From Pseudomonadales bacterium (GTDB lineage Bacteria; Pseudomonadota; Gammaproteobacteria; Pseudomonadales; GM7GCV1), in contig CBDBDZ010000001.1 in assembly GCA_965204215.1 (NCBI GenBank), forward strand, positions 697 to 64,696: a stretch of DNA of 64,000 bases, given 5' to 3'. Position 1 is the first letter of the stretch, and every line of letters begins with the position of its first letter. Position numbers and translations under genes: made by a program. Positions 1 to 12,800 of the stretch are shown piece after piece. Under the pieces are notes generated by a model that was not told the DNA's origin, searched no databases, and saw only the letters and a program-made list of their open reading frames with translations.

Positions 1-534
1 AGCAAATCCTTTTTTAATAGGGATTGGTAGCATCGCTGCAGTGAGTATTTCACTATCAAACCGACATCCGCCATATTTAGGACGTACATGACATCGTACA
101 TAAAGTGTCTCCGGAATTAACACCAGTTCCTGGGTAACAACTTCACCCATTTTTCTCAATGCAACACCACAGCCACAAGGGCACTGCTTGTCTTTCTCAT
201 CAATATCGTAGTAAACATTAACGCGCGGTAATGACTCTGGAAATCGCTCACTACGATTTTGGCGTTTTTTTCGTGTATAACCCCCGACAGATTCAAACTC
301 AATCTCTGATGCTGGAATATTGGCAGTATCGGTATCAGAATCATCCTCTTCAACGAGCCTTTCTGAACGTTGACCAAACTGCATGCGAATAAGATTATCA
401 AGCTGATGCCGTAAATTACTGATTTCCAGCTCAAGCTCAGTTATACGCTTATCTTTTTCAGCAATAACTTGCTGCAGATACGCAACATCATTTTCTACTT
501 CGGCAACTAACACCCCTGTCACCTCATGCAACAA
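1..534 (-). CDS. tnpC: IS66 transposase TnpC, 5' part (cut by window edge)
   Basis: Reverse complement of the 49771 TnpC start with a few SNPs. Confidence 0.85.
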   Translation of the reverse strand, partial: MLHEVTGVLVAEVENDVAYLQQVIAEKDKRITELELEISNLRHQLDNLIRMQFGQRSERLVEEDDSDTDTANIPASEIEFESVGGYTRKKRQNRSERFPESLPRVNVYYDIDEKDKQCPCGCGVALRKMGEVVTQELVLIPETLYVRCHVRPKYGGCRFDSEILTAAMLPIPIKKGFA

Positions 535-889
535 TTCCTGGTTGAACCTTAGCCAATCGCTGAGGATTTGTCAATTCAACACCAGATAACAATAAATTAA
601 GTTCATGCGTATTCAGGCTGTAACAAGTATCGTTAATTTTAGGCGGACGAAAAATACCTTCAGGTAATACCTTATACCAAATACAATAACCCACTTCGTC
701 CCAATAAAAAATTTTAACGCGATCAAACCTTTTTCCAAAAAACACAAACCAAGATTTATCTAAAGGTTTTTTGCCCATAGTAGCTTGGATGTATTCACTT
801 AAGCCCACATAGCCTTTGCGCATATCAACGGCATGACTGGCAATAAATATATTAGGTGCCGTTGTTAGATTGAGCATACCAATCTCCAA
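524..889 (-). CDS. tnpB: IS66 accessory protein TnpB (Orf2)
   Basis: VDMRKG...FVF...K.FYWD..G..W.K.L..G.F motif. Confidence 0.92.
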   Translation of the reverse strand: MEIGMLNLTTAPNIFIASHAVDMRKGYVGLSEYIQATMGKKPLDKSWFVFFGKRFDRVKIFYWDEVGYCIWYKVLPEGIFRPPKINDTCYSLNTHELNLLLSGVELTNPQRLAKVQPGIVA

Positions 890-1244
890 TCAAGGACATT
901 AAGCCAGAGACCTGTTTTAAAATAAGACCGGAGCACTGTAAACTCAGTTGGCCATCCTGGTAACTAAAATGGAACTGATTATCTTTGCTAGTTTGTGTTA
1001 TCTTGCTGTCTGCAACATCGACAGGAATTAACTTAGGCAAGGATGATAACTCTTGTTGGTCCCTATCCATGTCACGCAGCTTATAGAGTTGATAACGAAA
1101 AGGATGGAAGGGTAGTTGCTGCTGCTTGCAAAAATCCCGCATACTCAGTTTGCTTTGCTGGTAGGCTAGCACATGAGCACGCCAATAATTATTCCCCCCC
1201 TTTTCTTTAGCATTTGAAGATTGCTCAGTTAAGTTTTTATCCAT
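852..1244 (-). CDS. tnpA: IS66 accessory protein TnpA (Orf1)
   Basis: W..HV..YQQSKLS.RDFC HTH-like start; first ORF of the element. Confidence 0.85.
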   Translation of the reverse strand: MDKNLTEQSSNAKEKGGNNYWRAHVLAYQQSKLSMRDFCKQQQLPFHPFRYQLYKLRDMDRDQQELSSLPKLIPVDVADSKITQTSKDNQFHFSYQDGQLSLQCSGLILKQVSGLMSLIGDWYAQSNNGT

Positions 1245-1326
1245 CTTCTATTTCTCCCAAAAGCCAAGAGATTTCAGGGTAACTTTTTTTAAAAAATTTA
1301 AAAGGCGCTTTACACCGGACGCTCAC

Positions 1327-1439
1327 GGATGATCTCAATCAATGGCTTTATTGTTGACGCACGCACACTACCAATAGAAATTCAGTTGGAAGCCTATGAA
1401 AAAGGGTTAATCCCCGGAATTGCTGAAGAATTCGTCTAA
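1327..1439 (+). pseudogene. C-terminal fragment of a DUF6398-like conserved hypothetical protein
   Basis: Reads MISINGFIVDARTLPIEIQLEAYEKGLIPGIAEEFV* directly from the IS66 end; family recognised from memory. Confidence 0.55.
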
Positions 1440-1492
1440 AAACTCATCTACAAATCATCATTTCGCGCCAGCGACTACCTAAATCCGCCCTT

Positions 1493-2818
1493 CTAAGGAT
1501 TGCTGTATACGTTTCTGACATCATGTTCAGTTCTGGGTGTTCCATCTAAATGATGAAGTGTTGCTTGTATTTGTGAGGTCAATCCGATTGCATTTGTTAT
1601 ACCAGCTTGTTCAGCTTCTTGTGCTAAACGTAACGCTGTTGTTAAACAAGACCGTTTGTTTTCCGATGTGTCGTGATGATATCCACCTGTTGCATTGTAC
1701 AAGTGTCTTGCCCAACGTAATTTGGCTTCGTTATTATCTTCATGCTCTGCCTGATAGCGCGCGTGTTGACACTCAAGATAAGTCTTACTGCTAGTAATAG
1801 TTGCTCTATCGTCGGGAAGACAGGTGTTAACTGCTTTCTCAATCCAACCAAGGGCTTCTTGCCAAGTATTGGCTGGGTTGGCTGTAGAAGGAGTTCGAGT
1901 AGCTAATGATTCAGCTAAGCGTCGCATACATTTGGCATGGCCTAAAGCTGCACCACGGCGGTAGAATTGTTCTGCGCGTACTAAATCTTTGCTGACGGGA
2001 TTGTCCGTAAAGTTATCCTGAGGGCCATGATAATAAGCGGCCACGATATAGCAAGCACGTGCGTCTCCTGCTAAGGCAAGCTGAAAGAATAGACCAAAAG
2101 CTTGTTCGTGGTTTCTAGATTCTCTCACTTGTGTAGCCTGAACAAATAAGCGATTGTGTTCAAGTCGAGTTTGATGCTGTTGCAACTGTGACATGAAGCT
2201 TGTAGTGATGTTTGCGTATAAGCTAGAGCAAGCTGGTTTATCAAACCCATAAAGTGCAGGAATAAGCCCCAGTGGCGATGCTGCTGTCATCTTGCCATAA
2301 TAGTCAACTTGTTGTTCAGGATTTGAAATAGGATTAGGCAGTGGGCGGGCTAGCGTTTGCTCAATCCCTGCGGGAAAGCTACTGGTAAAGTTGCCAGCAG
2401 CGATAAGGGGAAACAGCATTAAGCGTTTACCACTTTGTTGTTGCATTCTTTTCTGAATGGCCTCAAATTCAATCTTAGCATTATTGTTTTCAGTTTCCTC
2501 TAAGCGTGATTTGAGCCTTGGTGTACCAATTAATAAAACAGCATCAGCTTCGTCAATACCTTCTGCCATGTAATCGGTAATGCTGGTGGATAGATTGCAT
2601 ATATCTAATTTTACAATAGCACCCGTGGCTTCAAGTTCAGCTTTCAAACGTTTGAGACGTTCATGTATGATGTTGCATTCAGCGGAGTTTGCGGGAGGCC
2701 AGGCATAGCTAATAAATATCACTTTACCAGCTTGCTGGGTTAATTCAACCAGTTGTTGACATGACTGAGCATAGTCATGCCATAGGGTAAGATAGCTTGT
2801 TTCGTTTGCAACTAACAT
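1493..2818 (-). CDS. TIR (TIR_2/SEFIR-like) domain + Sel1-like repeat protein
   Basis: IFISYAW...ADAVLLIGT...KIEFEAI (candidate catalytic Glu); later A...F..LA..GDA.A and D..RA..FYRRGA..GHA Sel1-type repeats; ATG overlaps the upstream stop (TGATG). Confidence 0.8.
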   Translation of the reverse strand: MLVANETSYLTLWHDYAQSCQQLVELTQQAGKVIFISYAWPPANSAECNIIHERLKRLKAELEATGAIVKLDICNLSTSITDYMAEGIDEADAVLLIGTPRLKSRLEETENNNAKIEFEAIQKRMQQQSGKRLMLFPLIAAGNFTSSFPAGIEQTLARPLPNPISNPEQQVDYYGKMTAASPLGLIPALYGFDKPACSSLYANITTSFMSQLQQHQTRLEHNRLFVQATQVRESRNHEQAFGLFFQLALAGDARACYIVAAYYHGPQDNFTDNPVSKDLVRAEQFYRRGAALGHAKCMRRLAESLATRTPSTANPANTWQEALGWIEKAVNTCLPDDRATITSSKTYLECQHARYQAEHEDNNEAKLRWARHLYNATGGYHHDTSENKRSCLTTALRLAQEAEQAGITNAIGLTSQIQATLHHLDGTPRTEHDVRNVYSNP

Positions 2819-5800
2819 CAACTAGTCAGAATATTAGCACGATTAGGAGCTTGTGGCTCTGGAGGTGTCTCGAGTATTTGCATGGCATATCGTGCTTTAG
2901 GTCGATCGCTAGGATTGCGATGGTTCCAACACAACCCCACCAGTTCTGCAACATTAGGTGATGCTATACACTCTCGAGACATACGGTCTGCACCGTGTGT
3001 CCTAATTTCTCTTTCCACGGCAGCATCATGATTAATACGGTAAAATGGGATTTCTTCACTATAAATCTCCCATAGAGTCATACCCAGTGACCATATATCC
3101 GAATATTTGCCATCCTGTGGAGTCATAGGGTCACGTAGTATTTCAGGAGCTGTCCAACGTAATGTTCCAACATGCTCAGGGGCTTCTTGTTGACCTTGTC
3201 GACTCCTATGACTACTGGTGCTACGGGTGACACTATCTTGCATCTTTGATAGGCCAAAGTCTGACCACTTGGCCGTGTATCGTTGCCCAGAATGTTTAAG
3301 TAATAGATTTAAGCTTTTTAAGTCTCGATGGATAATACCTCGACTATGCAGGTATTCTAAACCTCGTGTTGCATCTTTGGCGATATCCATGCGCTGTGTA
3401 TATGTAAATGCCACACTGGTCTGGAAGGCATCATATAGCGAGCCATCTGGCATCAACTCCATAACCAAGGCATAGGTAGGTTGTGCTGCAACATGATCTT
3501 TGTACTCAACAATATTGCCATGCCTAAGATCTGCCATGGTAGTGGCTTCTTGGTTGAAACTACTAACATCGCGTTGCCGTAAATTCTGGATACGAAATAG
3601 TTTAACAGCAATGACTATAGGCGGGTTATCACCAATTTGGTAAGTCCCTCGATACACATCACCAAAACCGCCTGAGCCGATTTGCTCATTCAGCTCTAAT
3701 CTATGGCCTTGCACCGTTGTCATGGGAACAGGGCGACCATTAGCTTGTAACTGCAAGTGCAAGTCGGCTAGCTGTCTCTCAATAACCGTTATTTCTCGAG
3801 ATAAACCGGTTTGGTGCTGCTGTTGCGTATCGGCAACGGATGCTTCTCTTAACAGCGTCACTGCTTCATTAAGTTGACGGAGTTTGTCAATATTTGATTC
3901 TGCAGTAGCTGCTTGTTCAACAACCTCTGCTGCTGCTCGTTTTTTTTCTTCTACTACATCACGTTCTCGCTGAAGCAGGGTTTCTCGCTCGCGTGTTGCT
4001 GTTTCTTCTGCTACTTGCTCCTGCATCCTGTTAAGCTTTATTTCTAGTTGGCTAATTAGTTCACTATTTACAATTTCGCGGGCAATAGCCAACGCATCCT
4101 CTAAATAAATAATTGCATTATCAATTTTTCCATTTACTAATGAATCTGATGACATCTCCTTAAATCTTATAATGCCCGCAAATCCAATTTCATTTATTTT
4201 ATTTTGAATCATTTCTTGTTCTTGACCTAGCAACGACAAGTTATGTAGCGTATCATTAAATTCTTTAGATAATAAATATTCTAATTCTAAATAAGACAAA
4301 GCTTCTGATAAGTGTTTGATTTGTTTCATCTCACTAGAAGCTTGGTCAGCATTTTCTCTTTTCGAAATTTTGCCAATTCTAATCTTAATAATAACCATCT
4401 CAAATTTTTCATTTTGTTGTTCTTTTATTCTGACAATTAATTCATTATAAATAGACTCACCCTTAGCTATAATATTTTCTATTAACCGGTTTGACTCAAC
4501 TAGAAGATCTACTTTTGCCTTAAGATCTTCTACAGAAAAATAATTTCCTAAATAAAAATTTTCATATATTGAATTCAAGCTAACGATATTACCGTTAATA
4601 TCTCTATGTATTTCTATGCTTATGTCAAAAACTCCCAGGGTCTGTTTTTGATCATCAATTTTTTCGCTACAACGAGAAACCAAATCAACTAAATCATGGT
4701 TATTGCCGATAAATCTTTTGGCTATTTCTAATTTTCTAATGCTCTCAGAGACAAGTTCTCTTTGTCGCTCTAAACAATCTAGAAAGTTTGCACTATCACG
4801 TTGCTGAACTAACTGAGCTTGCATTTGCATGTTCGTATTCGCTTCGTCAATATATCTCATTGCGTAAGATCTCTTAAACTTTGTAATCTCACTCATACTG
4901 TATGATATACCCTTGGCATAGCAAAGCTGAGCCCTGTATAGAAAAGCCTCTTGTAAAGAATTATAAATTCTATCTAAGGTATCAATGTATGGAGACAATC
5001 CAACATGAAGCTCAATTGCTCTTCTAGCAGACACAAGCCCCTTGTTGGCCCTAGCAATCAATTGCCTAATATCATCAGAATTTTGACGTTGGGAAAGATC
5101 TTGTAATAACCTTATGTTTGTTTGTAACCAAGTTAGTTTGTTTTTTTTAGTTATAATTGTTGTCCGCTCGCTATCATAGTGGTCTATGGATTGCAATTTT
5201 TCAATTGTGCTAATCAATGTGTTTTCATCTAGATCTAGAAATTTACTTATCCCAGGATACCACGATCTTGGTGAGGCTTGTTGTGCTTCTGTTTGTGGTC
5301 TGATTAATTTTAATAAACGTATGATGAAATTTTTTTGTTGGTCAGACAAATTAGTACTATTGGTAGTTAATGATAAATTTGTTATTGATGCTCCATCAAT
5401 CACCGTATCAAACCGATCATAAAAGTGGCTTAAATTATCGCTATCTAGTAGTAAATTATTGTTTTTAAGGTTTTCTTCCAGTTCTGAATCTATACTTTCT
5501 AGAATCGAATTGATTAATTGTTGTCTTTGCTCATTGACATCAGGTAGTTGCCAAGTATGTTCATTGTAACGTTGATCGTCATCAATGTCTTTTATCTCTT
5601 GCAACAGATTTATTATTTCGGTCAATTTATCAATTTTATGTTTCTTATTTTCCTCGTCGTTAATTTGTTGATTAATCTCTTGAATTTTTTCTAACTTTGG
5701 CTCAATGCGTGCATCTTGTGCTTGGTATGTTTGTATTTTTGTTTCAGATGAGCTTAGTCTGCTAGATATTTCATCCCTGTGTCTTTGTAATGTCTCTCTC

Positions 5801-8800
5801 GCTTGAGTATTTGTATCAGCGCTATCTCTTTCAAAAAGTGAATCCACGCTAGTTATTTGGTTTATAAAAGAATTTAGGTGGGCAATAAATATTCGATAGC
5901 TTTCTACTGTTTTAGGTATCGCTCTATTACATTGTTCATTGATTCTTCTTGCGATGCCGCTTACTAAGGCCTCCTTTTGGCTTGATATTGTTTGCTTGAC
6001 TTCATCCCTGCTGCTTCTTAATGAAGCATGTCGGTTGCAAGGATCATGGCTTATCGCTTTTTCATAAAGTTGCTTTATTTGGTAATAAATAGTTAAACGT
6101 GCTTGTGGATCACGGGATCCAATAATCTCCTCGTTCTTTTGTCTTATTTCTCTCTCTAGTGTGCGTATGGCCTCATCAGCCAATGTCAATGCTGCGTTTC
6201 CTATTTTTAATCTATTTACTGCTTGTCGAAGTTGAATGATTTTTTGAGGATAATTTTTCTTATTACGACTATCAAATTCTTTAGCTTGATCGAATTGGTT
6301 TATAATAACATGCAGCTTCTCTATGCGGCTCATACCTATGTCATGCGCTGGTAAAGAAGCCATGTCGTGCCGTGCATTTTGTGCAGCCACTTCGTACGGT
6401 AACATGTGTTGCTGCTCTTCAAGCTCTCTTAGTAAATTATTTTCTTCATCAACATCAATTATGAATTCAGAAGAAACATAAGGATTGATCACTTTTTCTA
6501 AAGAAGAACCAATGTAGGTATTCATTGTGTCACGCGCAGTTAACCAACCATAAATATAATGCTCTGCAAGATGAGCCCTGCTTCTTGTGGTAGTAAAAAT
6601 ACTCTGACCTATGACACTCTCTGCTATTTCTTTAAATAAAGCGGTACTTAATTCAAATGCCCTGTTATCAATGGCATTGTATTGGACGTTATGACGGTAT
6701 AAGCTCAATGACCTCGATCTTCCTTCGTCGTCTTCGGGCAAGATCTCTGTGCCTGGTTCAGGATAATTGTCGTAACCGATGAAATTGAGCAAGCCGATGA
6801 TCTTTGTATTCTCCACTAACATATCAATACGTTGTGAATCATCAATCTCGTTAACAAATTCTGGGGTATCCTTTTGTCTAATGTGTTGCGCCTGCCCTCT
6901 TGTCTCCCATATGACAACCGTAATTTTGCAACACATTGCCAGTACATAAACTGTGTTGAGGTTATCATCAAGTTGATCAATCGGCATCCTAGCCTTATTG
7001 GTTAAATATTGCCTTAATTGCCCATCACGATCTGTTATTCCCCAGACTCGACTGCAAATTGACCTGTTTTCAATTAATCGATTGGTAGCTTCTTCTGTTG
7101 ATAAACCAAATAAAGTAGAAACTGTCGCATCGGGCATTTCTTCTGGTTGTAAGCGAGTTATTATGCAACGTCCTTCTGTCAAGTTTTCTGTGCTACGAGT
7201 ATTTTCAGCAAAGGCCACTGTTAAATGATCATTAAACGTGCCGCGTTCAATGTTGCTCGCATCAAAATTACCATCGGGCCTAAATAATCTTGTTGAGTTT
7301 TCTGTTAAAAATCCATTTTTAGTCATGTAATCCTGTTCTATCAAGGCAAATTTAAAACCTTCTCGATATTTATCTCTTTTAGTACCATCCCAGTTTATTT
7401 GGCGCTGAGCCAAAATCGTATTCAAGGCTGTCTGAATGGCTTCGTCATTGATACGCCCCAATGCTATTCTTAGTGTATCTTGATGTTGTGGTAAGTATTC
7501 ACAATCACCATTGAAAAGCTTTAGTATAATATATTCCATTTTTTCAGTAGCGCTCAATGTGTAGCGTAAGCCAGTAAAAGAAGAAAAAATGTTACCCTGA
7601 TCATCCCATTTATCATGTAAATGAAAACAGCATATATTATTTGGCCATTCCTGACGAAGGTTGTCAAATAAATAGTTTTTTATGCCATTACCTTCAGCCC
7701 CAGAAACAAGGATCCAGTAATGCGATCCTGTCCGTTCTCTTTCTAGTATCAATAAATTGACCGGGCGTAAATAGTCAATGATTTCATTAGGATTAGTACT
7801 AACGCTATATAAGAAATTCTCTGTTAACCAAATTCGCTCGTTTCCTAAAGTCAAATCACTCAACATTAATGTGGCCGCTGATCCTGATTTTAAATTCACG
7901 CTTCTCGTAAATTTTTCTAACTGAATAACACCCAGATCCCTTATTTGACCATCTATTGCTTTTCGAGCAAAGCCATTGTTTCCAAATAAGCTGACATATG
8001 ACCAATTTTTCTCAGCCAGGGGTTGTTTTTCGATGGGTCTTGGTACAATAACACGTTGAATCACCTCCATTTGTTGCTCTTGTTCTTGATCTTGCTCAAA
8101 ACTGGGTAATGATTCTACGTTAACGGTTGACGCTGTGCGAACAATAGTCATCACACTGATCTCGTCGCGCTCGGTATACACAGATTGAAAATGTTGTCGA
8201 ATTTTAGATAATGCCTCCTTATCGGGATCAGTTATAAATCCGAAGTTGGCTTCTGGGATCAGTTCATGGGTTGCATACGCATGGGCATTTTTGGGCTCAG
8301 ACAGGATAGAATAAAAAGTGCTTAACCGGGTGTCAATGGGGTGAACACACTGCTCAAGTGCCTCAGGGTTTATTGATGCTAATTTATCGGGCATGTAGTG
8401 TTGCTGCGACTCTAAAGCGCAATATTTTACAATGGCGGCTCTTGCTTGCAAACAATGTGGGCGCAATTGTTTTTTGATGTGATTGATTGCGTTAATACTG
8501 ATCCATGCAAGTACATGTTTATTCTCTATCCTTTGATAATGAATAGCATTCACATCACCTATTTTGCGTGCAACGGATGGATGCATCCAGACACTAAACG
8601 TTTGTTGCTCATTTAACTGACGCATGCGCATGATAGCTTGCATGAAGGTATCTTTGTCTATGCCTTGATCAATAGTCACTATTGCGTGGGCATTGGAGTA
8701 TAGTTTTGTATCTGTACCCCTTGCTCTTGCATTATCTAGATAAGTAAAGAGATGTTTGTTTGAAATTTGGCATTGATTTAACGCTATAGTGTGACCCGAT

Positions 8801-9635
8801 CGTAAAACAACGGATAGACGCTTAAGAGTTTCATCAAAGTAGATCACGCCTAGAAACTCTGTGTTTTCAACCCTGTCTTGCGATGAGGAGTGTGGTAGCT
8901 TTTCAAGTAAATAGCTTGCCACCGCTTTATTATTTAAACCGGTAATTAATGCCCCAGCATCGATCAAGACGCAGCATCTAACGTCATTTAATCCCAAAGG
9001 AGAATTTTGATTTTGTGCGCTTGGGTTATTTATATCGTTGATATAATCTTTGAATTTATCTAGTAGTTGCTCAGTAGCATCATAGCTTGCAATCTTTATG
9101 GTCTTATTCACCGAGCGCATGGCGATATGCATCATCTTTCCGTTGGCCTGTTTATCATAAGGTTGACTAACAGTCCGCAATGGCATGAGTTTTTTGCGAC
9201 CCTCTGTACCTGAGAAGCCTTGCATGATGGCATTACGGATCAATGTTTCAGCATTGCCGCTGATTTTTATAGTAAATTGCTTGGTTCCTTCTGGGAAGAC
9301 AAAATGATTGCAATAGAAAAAGATAGCTTGCCTATTTATACACAGGCTTTCTGATCGTTTTAATGCTGTGTCTATGCTTAAGTTTGTTTGCCCATTAAAG
9401 AAACTGTCCCATTGGCATAATATTTCTGAGAAAGCACGACATGTCTGATATAAGCGGTTAAGGCATCGTGTTAATTGTTCTATGTTTAGGCCTTGATAGA
9501 GATAACTTAACAAGGTAAATCCTATCATAATATCAGGATGTGAGAATTCAGAACGAACAGCAGGCTCATCTTTTGCTTTAAACGGGATAGCAATTGTTTT
9601 TCTTAATTCGCCAGTAGGCAAAGTATCTAGGCCGT
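2818..9635 (-). pseudogene. 3' part of a giant DUF3638/DUF3645-family protein with coiled coil and C-terminal TKL-type Ser/Thr kinase
   Basis: AIPFKAKDEP..SEFSHPD, GFSGT, LIDAGALITG, RGTD, QAIMRMRQL, EQDQEQEQ motifs; kinase GSGGFG, IAVK, HRDLKSLN, DFG, GTLRWTAPE; the ORF-track start (MARS) lies inside the inserted element. Confidence 0.8.
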
Positions 9636-9843
9636 CGCTGCGAGCCATGGAAGGGCCGAATGGCCCGATGGCGAGTAGTCCGCGGTAGCCGGCGATTTTC
9701 TGCAGAGCGCAGCGAGTGCAAGAAAATCTTTATGCCGGCGTAGAGTCATGCGAGAGCCGGTGCGCAGTGTGCGAAGTACACGTAGCGCCGGTGACGCGGA
9801 CTACTCGCCATCGGGCCATTCGGCCCTTCCATGGCTCGCAGCG
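9636..9843. mobile_element. 208-bp rearranged derivative of the 257-bp GC-rich element (two left ends, 49-bp terminal inverted repeat)
   Basis: First ~165 nt match the element, then switch at CGCGGAC to the reverse complement of its start. Confidence 0.9.
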
Positions 9844-12800
9844 AATGAGTAAAATCGTCAATCAGCGCCGCCGGTAATTCTCTAACTAGCTTATTGCGAT
9901 TGACATAGCACTGTTGAATAGCGCGCAGTTGACCAATATCATTTGTAACACTTCCTCCACTTGCTAATGCAATATTAAGGTCACCTTTTTTACCCACGTT
10001 CAGTAAGATAACGCCTTGCTCAATTGATATACCGTAAGTCAATTGCCCCGTTTCTACAATCGCACGAGGTGTTGGGTGATTGTTCCCCATAATATCTTTG
10101 TAATATGGGTGCTGGTATACCCAATCAGGCATCCCAACAAGATTACCTGACTTATAAATACGTCCATGGGAGACATCAATAACATATTGCTGATCGCTAC
10201 TACGATAACTGAGGGTATTATCACACGGTTGCCATTGTACCGATAAATGATCACCTAAAACCTCATTGACGATACCTGATAACACGTTATCAATGCCACC
10301 AAAAACATTTTTTTCTTGTTGAACCAAGGTGTACTCCACCTCATCGATGAGCCAGATCGGTAAGACGCGTTGTAAATCAGATTCACGACGAATAACACAG
10401 TGCGCAGTGATTAAAATTTTTTTATCTTCTTCTGTAAAATCTTGATCATACGCTGCGTATGTCATGATAATCAAACCACAGAATGTCGATTGCTTCAGCC
10501 CAGCGCGTCCGTTCATTGAGTCATCACGTTTTGTTTGTTCACACCAAGTCAATAACGCACGCCGAAGATCGCAAATAATCGCTTTGAATTGATTTTTATG
10601 CTCATCTATAGGGCAAAACTGGTACAGTCCATTAAGGAGCACTATAACATGGTAGAATAATTGGTGATCTTGTTGTCTTTGTTTTAGGAGACTCGCATAC
10701 TCTGACAGGTAGTTGATCCATGCCCGAGTTAATCCGCTCTGTTTTAATGCCAAACTCAACAAGCTCAGCGGCTGCTCTGCATTATCCTGGTGTCGAATTT
10801 CAAATACTTCAAAAACAGCTTGCAATATCAGCAGCAAATGTGGCTTAGATTCAAAGGATAATTGCTTATTATTTAGGGCAAGATAAGCATTCTCTAATTG
10901 TAACAAAGGCGTTGCTCTAATAAATCCATAATGGCAATACTGTAAGCGATTAGTATCATTGGGTTGTTTTGTTTGAGTCGCTAAGATGTTGTTTTCATTC
11001 AAGCGATCATATCCGCCGCGCAATATTGCTGCTCCAGATTGATCACACTCTGGCTCACATAATGCGGTATGTTGACTGCGAATATAGATAAGCCGTTGCC
11101 AAGCTCGCAATTTCACCTGTTCGTCACTTAATTGACCCAGCATGTGGTAATGAATACCAGATAATAGATACCCATTGCTACGCCAAAGTTTCGGGTTCGT
11201 GAATGTGGCAACTGCATAAGATGGTGCATATTCATGTAGATAGCTAATGCCTCTATTGTCTCTTTTTATTCTTACTAGAGCACCCAATGGAATATTGCAC
11301 GACAAGCCTGTGCCAACTAAACTGCTGTTTGATAATAACATACAGTCTCTTAAGCAATAAAAGAGTGGTGGCAAGATATTATTATTTCTTTGCCCATAAA
11401 CCATGCTAAAATAGACTCTATGGTATCCAATAGCATCATTAATAACAAGAGGACCGCAACGAGCAGGAGGATCATGAGTTAGCTTTTCACAGTGGGTATC
11501 ATCTCTATAAGAACATGCCGTACACCAGCCCATGGCTTGATAAAAAGCCGGGTGGTTATCTGGATACTGTCTAAGTAGCTCAATGCCAAAATTATAAGTA
11601 ACAGCGGCTTGCACTTGGGATTGATAGGGGTAATCGATTTTTTCTTTAATATGCTGATTAATAGTATGGTGGTCATAGTCGCTATGTTTAGCATTTTTAG
11701 GAACGATACAATCAAAGTGAAATAAGATAGCATTTTGTTGTTGTCCCTTAAAATATTCAGTAATCATTGAAATAGCAGGGATCCAATGCCTTTGCATAAT
11801 AGGTAAGGTTTTACTGACTTCAGCCCAATTCAGGTAACCATAATACGTCGTACTCAAACGGAATTGGGCAAATCCTGCTGCAATAAATTTAGTATGACTG
11901 CGCACTGCATTATCAACTAACGCTACAATAGCATATAAAATAATGGCTCTATGTGCGTACTGTCTCGGATCGTAATCTTTTCCATATTGACGTCTCATAA
12001 ATTGTTCATAAGCTGTTTGATAGGTTGTAGCAATCGTCCACAGTATTTCAGCACAATCTGCCAAGTACTTATCATAATCCTGAATTCTGTGGTTTTGCTG
12101 ACGATGCCAATTAGTAATACCCCATGTGGCAAGTATTTCTAGAATGAAGTGTTCTATGCCATGACGCAGTCGTTGCAAGGAAGGTAGAGCATAGTTGCTC
12201 TTAAGTTTATCTAAAAAATTACCTTTAAATATTTGTAGTAAATCCAAGCGATCACGATGTTGGGTTGGTGGTAGCGAATAGTAAGGGTTTTGAGTTGTTG
12301 GTGTCAGTTGTGAGTGTATAAAATAGGCGGCAATTTGTTGATCGGTTTTAGCAGGTAGTTGTGGTTGACTAATGTTTTCAATAGAAAAACGGCGGGCTGT
12401 TTTTTGTTGTTCATACCGTGATCTTGCGCAACCTGATAGCCACTTTTGCGCCGCATCTAAATGTTCATAGAGTAATTTGCAAATATTGCTAGGCGAATCG
12501 CGCAATATTTTGGATGCACCTAATTCATGGCCTAAATACGCAATGGCTTCTGAAATGACAAACTGTAACCGATGATTATACTGTACCAAATAATTCTCAC
12601 TGGAATATCGCCCACGAAGGAGGCCAATAAATTCATTAAAAATGCGTGTTTCAAAGTCATAAACTATTCGATAATACTGTTTTCTGGTGAGGGAACTTGC
12701 ATCTGTCAATTCTGGATCGTTGTGATCATGAAATAGTATTTCAAACGTATATTTTATCAGCTGCCAGAGGTGGAAAATATTGGCACATGCCCCGTGATGC

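Larger units (their letters stand above)
1..1326 (-). mobile_element. IS66-family element, copy A (runs off the left edge of the window)
   Basis: Terminal IR GTGAGCGTCCGGTGTAAAGCGCC (minus strand) ends at 1326; tnpA/tnpB/tnpC order; near-identical to 48979 onward. Confidence 0.92.
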
